NCBI GenBank assembly: GCA_030390025.1
Contig: CM059431.1
Coordinates: 124,250,001-124,314,000 of the forward strand
DNA: 64,000 nt
Source of the DNA: Squalus acanthias
Lineage: Eukaryota
Reading direction: 5' to 3'
Part shown: piece by piece, positions 1 through 8,067 of the stretch
How positions within the stretch are numbered: the first letter of the stretch is position 1
How the letters are laid out: every line of letters begins with the position of its first letter
Notes under the pieces: model-generated
What the model saw: only the letters and a program-made list of their open reading frames with translations
Told to the model about the DNA's origin: nothing
Database searches by the model: none
Position numbers and translations under genes: made by a program

Positions 1-428
1 TTTAGCTTGACAGATCGTACGAAGCTGCAGGAAATGGACATTCGCTGGTGGAGAGTTGGGCAATTTGCCCAATTACTGCCTAGAGAATGCCCACAAAACT
101 CTTACACCTGGTAAAAGCAGGCGTAAGGCCTATTTTTACCAGTGTAAGTGTTTAAATAAATATTAAATTAACATTTTTAAAATCATTTAAACATTCGAAA
201 ACCTATAAAATTAGTTTAGGTTATTTTTGGCCCTTTAAAAAATGTTTAAATTTATTTTTAAAAAAATGAAATTTTTGTTTTAAATGTTTAATTAAATTGC
301 ATTTTAATTAATTTTTAACATAGGATGATTTATTTTTATTTAAGTGGGGTGAAAGAGTATTTTTTATGTGATTCCTATTAAACTTATGGGGATTTCGTAA
401 GTAAATGGAATCCCCATAACCTTAATGG
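1..428. mobile_element. Left part of a non-autonomous TIR element (MITE, probably PHIS/Harbinger-type) interrupted by provirus A
   Basis: AT-rich MITE-like body. The imperfect palindrome starting at ~370 (gattcctattaa...ttaatgg|gaatc) is completed across the provirus at 9669-9677. Confidence 0.6.
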
Positions 429-2029
429 TGTAGAATTCGCAATTATCGCGATTTCATTTTAATAAGGAGAAAACACAAGTTTCGTTCAAAACAGCTTTTA
501 TTTCAACGGAATGCTGTCAGGTTTAAATTAGACACAAGCAGCCTGTAAAATGGCCGCCGCACCGCGTGACAGAACATTCGAGACTTTTCGGCAGGCAGAC
601 AAGATGGCGTTCCAATAAACATTTTTGCAGGATCGATAACGATTCAGCACAGTGAAGACATTACACAGGACATTATGGGTTTACAGTATAAACATCGATA
701 CTGGAATCGGTCTCCCAGGTACAAAGGAAAGCCATCAAGGGCCCATCCAAAGGACATTAATATGTAAACTCCCAACGGCTCTACGATGAGAGAGCCGTTA
801 GCAGGTAGTTATACAGGACACTTGGAAGCCCCAAACCCCTCCAGGGGGAACACCGACCGATTTAACAATGGGAGAAGTATTAGCAGGTACTCAAACATTC
901 AGGAGTAGCCCCGAAACCCATTAAAGACAGAGATCACCCTTACAGGACTTTTTGGGCGCCAAACCTTAAACAAAAGAATGGACATTATAGTTGGGCGGGA
1001 AACGGAAGAACTGTGCACTATAATTGCAGGCCCAAACCGTCCATTCTGTCTCTTGACTCTTGATTCTTGCTCCTGCCTCGTGTTCGTGACTCTTGCCGCT
1101 TGCTGCTGTTATCATCGTGGCTGCTCCTGGGTAAAAGACTGTTGCAAAGACCTATGTTGGTAGCTGGCAGCGGAACCGAAGGCCCGGGATGAGATGAGAT
1201 GAGATGAGATGAGATGAGAGGAGAAGAGAAGAAGACCTTATCCATCGCCACGGTCAGTAAATCCCGACCGCGCCTGTAGGTCGATCAGCCAAGTCTTCTT
1301 GACAGGAAGTTCTCTTCTTTAACAAAACATATTGCATCGATGATAACTGGACTGTGCAAACACATCGTATCAGCGATATTGACAACGGTGCTCCACCATA
1401 CCCTGTATCCAACCAACAGAGGTCTTCACTACAGCGGACGGTCCAGCCGACTGACCGAGCAGCAGAAGCAGTAAACAAGTGGGACCAGGAGATCTCCTGA
1501 CCAACACGTGGGTGCTGCGGTGAAAAACATCCGATCAGCTATTCGGGATTTCTCCGAGTTATTACGAGTGGTGAGCATGAGTCTCGGGATCCTACGAAGC
1601 TAGTTTTAGGATAGTTATTGATAGGGGAGGGTTGAAAGTTTAAGGATATTTGTAATGTGTGCCCTATTTACGTTGTGCTGGTCGTTCCTCGTTTCCCTAA
1701 GAGTGATTATAACTGTTTGTAAGATTGTACTGTCATTCATCTGTGCATATGACATGTATTTCATAATTTTAAGTATCATGCAATAAAGATTTTCCATTTC
1801 GTACCGTTCAAACCAAGTCTACATGAGTTTTATCTCCATTACTGCTCTCGCATCTAAGTCCAGTGTCTAGAACCGTAAGGGAGAGTGATTCGAACCACTC
1901 ACAGGGGTGTCTAGTGTTCCCAGACTGGCTGGAGACCAGGCCTAGACCCGCACTGACATACAGGCTGCACAGAGCCGCGTGAACCTCACAGGCCACGAGA
2001 CACGCAGGGTCAGGAGAGTATCCCTTACA
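429..2029 (+). repeat. 5' LTR of provirus A (1601 bp)
   Basis: Starts TGTAGAATTCGC, ends TATCCCTTACA. Repeated at 8068-9668 (offset 7639) with identical ORF-track translations. AATAAA at 1782-1787; (GAGAT)n at ~1187-1217. Confidence 0.97.
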
Positions 2030-2033
2030 GAAA

Positions 2034-3845
2034 ATGGCGACCGCGGCACGAGACTGGCAGCGAGAGGGTAGTGTGTTAGATTTTGGAATGACTGTACGAA
2101 ATGTTATGCAGGAAAAGATAGCGGATTACGTGTTTGGAAAGGTTAATCTAACGAAAAAGTGGATAAGCGAACTGTTAGCGGATAAGAGCCCACTAGAGGC
2201 AGCTGAAAGGTGGACGGATAGTAAGGAGCATAAAAAGGCAGTTGAGAAAGCAGTCTGGCTTATGTGCTACAAAAGGCAGGTCCAGATTTCTAACCAGACC
2301 AATACAGCGCTAACCGCTCGAATCAAGCAGTTAGAGGAGGAAATGGAGGAGAAGGTTTCTGGAGGGGAGGTGCTCATTAAGAGTTTAAATGAGTTACGCC
2401 AGGAAAGCCAGGAAGTCTCCAGCTACCTTAAAACAAGGGTAGAGTATCTCGAGTGCCAGATCACTGAAGCAAAATTAAACGAGAATAGGATGAAGGAAAG
2501 ATGTAACCGTCAAGCTGCCCAGATAAGAACTCAAGAAGAGAGCTTAATGGGGGTTAGGTCGGCGTATAAGTTGGCCCTTGAGGATAAGTTTCAGGGAGCC
2601 GACCATAGCGCCTGCGAAAAAGAGATAGAGAGCCTCAAAAAGGCCGTGAATAATGCGAACGGCATGGTGTGCCTTATTAATCCGTCGGCACGCCAGCCGC
2701 TAGTAAATGAGAGATTTAGAAATTCCCCACCAAGTAAAGCAGAAGAGGTAGTAGCCACTGCGCCCTCCGCGCCACCCAGCTATTCAGAAACCTGGGTTAG
2801 GGAGGAAGCAACGGAAGAAGCGAAAGAGCCCGTTGAAAAAGAGGTAGAAAAGGGATCGTTGTATCCAGTAACGGGGATTAAAAGGGGCCCAAGCAGAAAC
2901 GGTGGGGAAGAACCGGGGGATCTCCTCGGACAGCTGGTGTTGCCTCACAGTTCACATCAGCTGAGGGCCATGATAAACCACGTAAGGAAGCTGACCGAGA
3001 TAGACGACCCTTCCGTACATTTTAGGGAAGTTGAGCAAGCCGCAGCCATCAACGGCTGCGATGATGGGGAGACAGCAAAAATGCTGCTGTTCTCGTTAGA
3101 TAGCTCGGTCCTTCAGTGTCTCTCAGGCGATAGCAAGAGGGGAAACAAAAGTTATGAGGAATTGAAAAATGAGGTCCTAGAAGTAGTGGGAGCGAACGAC
3201 GGAGGTCCGTTTGCTAGAGTGGGACAGACAGTGCAGATGGAGGGAGAACCCCCGAAGGTTTTTGCCGACAGGCTGTGGCCAGTATATGAGCGCAGCTGTC
3301 TAGGTGCGCCCGAGCGCGAAGATGTGGAAGGCGCCGCTTTAATTCATTGGCTTAGGTGCATAATAGCCAACAGTTTACCAGCCGTTAGAGAGCAGGCAAA
3401 AGCCTGGTTCGATCCCAATGACCTCAACCTTACGGAAGAGTCGGTCTTGAATCGACTCACGTTAGGTTACCGTAACATAAGGGGTATGGCAACACGTCCC
3501 TTTAAGGGAAGAGTACATGAGGTACGACCCGCAGCCCCGGCTCAAAGAGAGTGGCATCAGGAGGGTAATCGCGCCCCACCGGCAAGCAATGCCTGTTACG
3601 GGTGTGGGAAGACAGGGCACTGGCGCAAGCACTGCAGGAACCCTTGGAAGGATTCCAAGGATAAGAATCCCGCGGTCCGAGCCCAGGCGCCTGTCCCGGC
3701 TAAGGAAGCAAAGGTACCCACCTCTCCCGAAGACCTCGAAGCAGTGTTAGGAGTCATGCGCAAGATGGTTTTAAATGCGCGTGGACAGGTGGCGGTCGCA
3801 ACCGGCCCCGTAGGTGCCGCAGGACCGTCTAATAGTACCCAATGA
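2034..3845 (+). CDS. gag: Gag (603 aa): N-terminal coiled coil, PSAPPSY late domain, capsid-like region, CCHC zinc knuckle
   Basis: Intact ORF directly after the LTR; CYGCGKTGHWRKHC at 3594-3635; about 98% aa identity to 35401-37212. Confidence 0.93.
   Translation: MATAARDWQREGSVLDFGMTVRNVMQEKIADYVFGKVNLTKKWISELLADKSPLEAAERWTDSKEHKKAVEKAVWLMCYKRQVQISNQTNTALTARIKQLEEEMEEKVSGGEVLIKSLNELRQESQEVSSYLKTRVEYLECQITEAKLNENRMKERCNRQAAQIRTQEESLMGVRSAYKLALEDKFQGADHSACEKEIESLKKAVNNANGMVCLINPSARQPLVNERFRNSPPSKAEEVVATAPSAPPSYSETWVREEATEEAKEPVEKEVEKGSLYPVTGIKRGPSRNGGEEPGDLLGQLVLPHSSHQLRAMINHVRKLTEIDDPSVHFREVEQAAAINGCDDGETAKMLLFSLDSSVLQCLSGDSKRGNKSYEELKNEVLEVVGANDGGPFARVGQTVQMEGEPPKVFADRLWPVYERSCLGAPEREDVEGAALIHWLRCIIANSLPAVREQAKAWFDPNDLNLTEESVLNRLTLGYRNIRGMATRPFKGRVHEVRPAAPAQREWHQEGNRAPPASNACYGCGKTGHWRKHCRNPWKDSKDKNPAVRAQAPVPAKEAKVPTSPEDLEAVLGVMRKMVLNARGQVAVATGPVGAAGPSNSTQ
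2035..2052 (+). promoter_or_regulatory. Primer-binding site, probably tRNA-Arg(UCG), overlapping the gag start codon
   Basis: TGGCGACCGCGGCA begins after a 5-nt gap (GAAAA) following the LTR. The consensus with copy B (TGGCGACCGCGGCAGGAC) matches the complement of the vertebrate tRNA-Arg-TCG 3' end as I recall it; not checked by search. Confidence 0.75.
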
Positions 3846-5006
3846 CTAGAGCCCACGCAGCCTGCCTACCTGTGTCCTTTTAAAAGACACGCACAGGAGG
3901 GGGTCTGCGGTGAGGAGGCCAGGTTAAAAGAGCAGGCCTTGCGGGAGGAGAACGCCCGCTTAATAGAGAAAATAGATGGGCTGGAAGGGCAGCTTAGAGA
4001 GCAGACCCTGCGGGAGGAGAACGCCCGATCAATGGGAAAGTTAGACGTGCTCAGGCTAGAAGAGCAGCTTAGAGAGATAAAAGCAGCCTACAGGGTAGCC
4101 AAAAGCAGGGAGTATGAGTATTTAAAACAGGATAGAAATCTGCAGCCTCCAGCAGGTGAGATTTCACAGAAACAAGCAGGGGCGGTGGCCTGTCTTAAGG
4201 GAGGGGCCAGACCTGCGAGTGGGGAAGCACAGCCCCAGGTAGGACCACAAGGCACACAGGCAGGCATAGCAGCTTGCATCAGGGGAAGGGACATCCCGGA
4301 CGATCATGCAGCGTTTTTCTGGAGTTGGGGGTTAGATGACGAGGACCCCAGGGTACCCTGGTCAGATGAGGATAGTGCAGATGAGCATAGTGATGATGAC
4401 GGGTGGTTTCACAGGAACGGTCTGGAAGGATTGGGGCCGCTAGGTAGAGATCCATACGGGGTGGACACACAAGCTGCAGGTCCCGACAGCAGGAGGAAGG
4501 AGCTAGAGGAGGCCGGGCCAGCCGCTATGTGGTTCCCAGAGGTGTGGCCGCCCGCTTTGAACGTCCAGTCCTCGGGGGAGGCAGAGTTCGCGAGTGAAGG
4601 GCCGCCTGCTGGGCCGAGCAGGGCGGGGCCCCGAACTGCCAGCCCCGAGGTTAGGGAGGAGGAGTCAGCGGAGGCGGGGCTGGCGCCTGTGATGGAACCC
4701 CAGGTCATCCCGTTGAAGGTCTCGGGACCCGGTCCGTCCGTCACGGAGCCCCCGCCCATAGCAATTCCCCGTAGGTCAAGCAGAGTACCCCAGCCCAGGA
4801 AGACGTGGTCAGGTCCACAGGCTGCCCCAGGGCGTAAGTTTCAGGTTAAGATAACCCGGGTAGAGACAGGCCACATCGAGGCAGTAACAGGCTGCGGCAG
4901 ATCAGAGGAAAGGGTCAGCGCAGCAACAGGCTGCGGCAAATCAGAGGGAAGGGTCAGTGCCCTCCCACCGTCGGGAAGAGCTCGCAGCAGCCTTCTCAGG
5001 ATTTAA
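3846..5006 (+). CDS. ORF X: in-frame continuation past the gag UGA. First ~10 Pol residues, then a ~115-aa Gag-like coiled coil, then the Pol/IN C-terminal tail (predicted 990-aa Gag-X readthrough product)
   Basis: Open and in frame with gag (3939-2034 is divisible by 3; no stop in 3846-3938). The C-terminal ~260 aa align with the end of copy B Pol. No PR, RT, RH or IN motifs. Confidence 0.8.
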   Translation, partial: LEPTQPAYLCPFKRHAQEGVCGEEARLKEQALREENARLIEKIDGLEGQLREQTLREENARSMGKLDVLRLEEQLREIKAAYRVAKSREYEYLKQDRNLQPPAGEISQKQAGAVACLKGGARPASGEAQPQVGPQGTQAGIAACIRGRDIPDDHAAFFWSWGLDDEDPRVPWSDEDSADEHSDDDGWFHRNGLEGLGPLGRDPYGVDTQAAGPDSRRKELEEAGPAAMWFPEVWPPALNVQSSGEAEFASEGPPAGPSRAGPRTASPEVREEESAEAGLAPVMEPQVIPLKVSGPGPSVTEPPPIAIPRRSSRVPQPRKTWSGPQAAPGRKFQVKITRVETGHIEAVTGCGRSEERVSAATGCGKSEGRVSALPPSGRARSSLLRI

Positions 5007-5288
5007 AGGGGCCGCCCTGAGAACGGGCGGCATTGTAAAGTTATTAGTTTAAGGTTTTAAGTTTAGTTTAAAGTTTTAAGTAGTTTTAATAAGTTTAAGT
5101 TTGTAGTGGTTTTAACAGATAACGACAAATGATGGGAGTTTTAAGGCTAGGTTTAGAGGAAGTCTGTTCAGCAAACGTTGAAGTTTACGTGAGGCGAGGT
5201 CAGGGGACCCGCTCACCCTTCACAAAAGCCAGAGACTTTTTGCGAGGCTGGCTACCTCATTCTATCTGATCACAGGAACCAAGGAAGG

Positions 5289-7640
5289 ATGGAACGACTT
5301 CTAGTTTTGCTCGTGGCAATCGGATGTGGATTGGCCTATCGGGGCCTCACCAAGGATGTCGTGGTGTTTGGATGTTCCGGGGACACGGCCCCCATCGCGG
5401 TGGATGGGACCGGGAGACGGAAGGCAGAAGGGACCAGCACCTATTTCCACAAGGGAAGGTGGCCAGGATGGCTGGGAACGAACTCAACGGAGTATTCCAG
5501 CACATCGGGGTTCGCCTACAAAGAGACTTCTTTAATGTGCCCCAAAGTACGGATCATCGCACCCAGGATCAGCGTCACCGTCGGCAAACGGATTTGTTTG
5601 ACTTGCAGTGGGAATGTCCCATTGAGCCGATGGTGGTGGCTGCGAAAGCTGAGCAAAACTATGAGGAACTCTTCGGTCGAGTGGGAGCGACTGGGTAATA
5701 ATACCCATCGGACAATTACGGGGACAGATGGACAAGTGAAAGTCTGTTGGGACAAATGGTGGGAACCAGATGAGGGGATTTATGTTTGTATGTGGGGGTC
5801 AAAGTACGTTTGCCCCAAAGGCATCTCCATATTCTTTATTAACCAGTGGCAGGATAACGGACAGGGGATGAGGTGGGATGCGAGCACCAGGGGGTGCGGA
5901 GCCCCATTCTCCCCGATCCCAGTAAATGCCACTGAGCTCATTACGCGCCCACGCAAAGCCCCGCCCACGATTCCGGTAGTTCTAACTGAGGAAGAAGGGT
6001 GCCCTAAAACTAGTAAGGGACCCGGGAACGGTTTGGTACTGGTCCCCACAGACCAGATACTATTTCAGGGAGTGCATTACGCGGTGGCCTCGGTGATTTT
6101 AAATCTCACTGAGGTACGGTTACCAGAGTGGTGCCCCAAAAAGACGGAACAGTTGTACCAGGTCCTGTTGACCAAGATGTTCAGGCAGTTTTACGAGTTC
6201 GATTTCGCGGAAATTGATAAGACAAGTTTATACACCGCACCGCAGGAAGTTTTGGATCAAGTTGGGAGGCAAAGAAGGGGTTTGGTGAACGATGCGTTCA
6301 CTGCTTTTAACACAGGGACATCTGTGGTCAACGCTCTAGACAGTGTGGAGCTGCAGACCCAGATTAATGGTTTAAAAACACAGTTAAAGGATATTCTCAC
6401 GGATGAGAATAAAGTGGTAGGGTCGGGTCTGCACGAGGACCAAGCCATGACACTACACTTAAAAGAGATTATAGCAGAGCTGGAGAAACATGCGCGTACG
6501 GTAAATGCCCTGATTAGGGAAGATCGGAATGCATCCGATCAAGCTGCGCAGAACGAGGTGTGCGTGCTTTACGGGGCGTGGTTACTGGGCGAGGGCCGCA
6601 GTAATTTGGAGGATTTAAAACAAGGTTTGGTCCCGTCCTGGATAAGTAACAAACACCTGCGGGCGCTCCACCCTTTTCAGAATGCATTAAGTCCGTGCCA
6701 GCTCAGGCTAGCTTCAGAAGCTTACCCAGTCCCCGTGGACTGCGGACGTTCAAACCATACTATTATGGGAATAGTATTACGCATGCCGGTTTTGGGCAAC
6801 ACAGCAAAGCCCGCCCCGGTGTATCGGGTAGAGAACATTGGTGTCATTCAGGGGGGAGCCCACATTCGTTATGCAGCGGTTCCACCTTACGTCATCCGCT
6901 GGGAGCAAACGATGACAGGTACAGATCTCTCTGGTTGTCGTGGCAGGGGAGCACACATAATACTGTGCCCCCAGCACTTGAATGCCTTTTTAACACCACA
7001 GTGCGGGTTCAGAACGGCTGGCGCCAAGTCCATGAATTGCACCATGGAGGCAATGGCACAAGATCATGTGCCTCCGCAGGTAGCATACATCGGGGGTGGA
7101 ACATATTGTGTTACCACTGCAGCGCAACACTACCAGCATGGAAACCGTAGCCGGTGTCCGGTGAGTGACAGCAGTTTCTGTTTTAAACCCAGGGCTGAAG
7201 TTCAAGTAGCACAACAGCGAATTATCCCAATCCCTGAACCATCCACTGTTCACCTCACAGTAAAAGAGAATTTTACCGACTTGCAGCGTTTTGTCGCACA
7301 TTTTGGGTACCTCATTCCCCCTCTCCCCGAGCATTTAACCAAACTTCTGAAAGCCGTCGCGGTGTCACAAAAGCATTTCTATACTTTAGAACAGAAAACC
7401 GTCGAGATAGGTACAGACATTTTGGACATAGTGGTTCCACCGTGGTGGAATCTGTTCACGAATATTGAAGTGCCCTCATGGGTCAGAATAGCCTCCCACA
7501 TTTTAGTCGTCTGTCAAGTGTTTATTGTAGTATACCTTTTGTTTATACATTGTAAAAGAGACAAGCGCCTCACCAAGCATGAGAACACGGGAGAGTGGCG
7601 AGAACGTTACGTGCGCGTGCACGATGAGAGCGCAGTGTAA
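5289..7640 (+). CDS. env: Env-like class I fusion glycoprotein (783 aa): signal peptide, Ig-like domain, furin site RQRR, heptad repeat, Cys-rich region, TM, cytoplasmic tail
   Basis: Hydrophobic N-terminus; RQRR|GLVNDAFTAF at 6267-6278 followed by heptads; several NxS/T sites; TM ILVVCQVFIVVYLLFI; position before the 3' LTR; candidate acceptor ...tctgatcacag at 5275. Confidence 0.9.
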   Translation: MERLLVLLVAIGCGLAYRGLTKDVVVFGCSGDTAPIAVDGTGRRKAEGTSTYFHKGRWPGWLGTNSTEYSSTSGFAYKETSLMCPKVRIIAPRISVTVGKRICLTCSGNVPLSRWWWLRKLSKTMRNSSVEWERLGNNTHRTITGTDGQVKVCWDKWWEPDEGIYVCMWGSKYVCPKGISIFFINQWQDNGQGMRWDASTRGCGAPFSPIPVNATELITRPRKAPPTIPVVLTEEEGCPKTSKGPGNGLVLVPTDQILFQGVHYAVASVILNLTEVRLPEWCPKKTEQLYQVLLTKMFRQFYEFDFAEIDKTSLYTAPQEVLDQVGRQRRGLVNDAFTAFNTGTSVVNALDSVELQTQINGLKTQLKDILTDENKVVGSGLHEDQAMTLHLKEIIAELEKHARTVNALIREDRNASDQAAQNEVCVLYGAWLLGEGRSNLEDLKQGLVPSWISNKHLRALHPFQNALSPCQLRLASEAYPVPVDCGRSNHTIMGIVLRMPVLGNTAKPAPVYRVENIGVIQGGAHIRYAAVPPYVIRWEQTMTGTDLSGCRGRGAHIILCPQHLNAFLTPQCGFRTAGAKSMNCTMEAMAQDHVPPQVAYIGGGTYCVTTAAQHYQHGNRSRCPVSDSSFCFKPRAEVQVAQQRIIPIPEPSTVHLTVKENFTDLQRFVAHFGYLIPPLPEHLTKLLKAVAVSQKHFYTLEQKTVEIGTDILDIVVPPWWNLFTNIEVPSWVRIASHILVVCQVFIVVYLLFIHCKRDKRLTKHENTGEWRERYVRVHDESAV

Positions 7641-8055
7641 TGGGAAAACGGCGTCACTCCCGCTCGCCATGTGCGCCGCGGAAGTTTGTGCTCAGTGTAA
7701 ATACGTTGGAAACTCGACATGTTTAAGAGTCGGGATTTGTTTATTTTGGTGATGGTGTTGATTGTTTGGTTTTTTTTTGGGTTTTGTTTTTCCTTTCCCT
7801 GAATAAAAGATAAATATACAGGTGATGCGTGAGGTATCGGCCTGGTTACGCCGGGAAGGAAAACAAGTGGTGTAAGTTTAAGGGCAAATGATGCCTACGG
7901 TGATATAAAGTGTGATTTTCTTGGGAAATAAGGACGACACAGAGACCCTAGTGAAGTTAAAATTTTATGGGATTAATTTACTGGATTCGGAGTGAAATCG
8001 AGATAAGATTGCTCACCACTGAGTTTTTGATACGATAAGCGGAGTTATTCGCATC

Positions 8056-8067
8056 AACAGGAGGGAC
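8056..8067 (+). promoter_or_regulatory. Polypurine tract (short)
   Basis: AACAGGAGGGAC immediately before the 3' LTR; same sequence in copy B (27816-27827, minus strand). Confidence 0.75.

Noticed and set aside
978..1996. Short ORFs inside the LTRs (60-80 aa), repeated in each LTR
   Set aside because: They recur only because the LTRs are duplicated. Frames differ between A, B and the solo LTR, and there are no recognisable domains.
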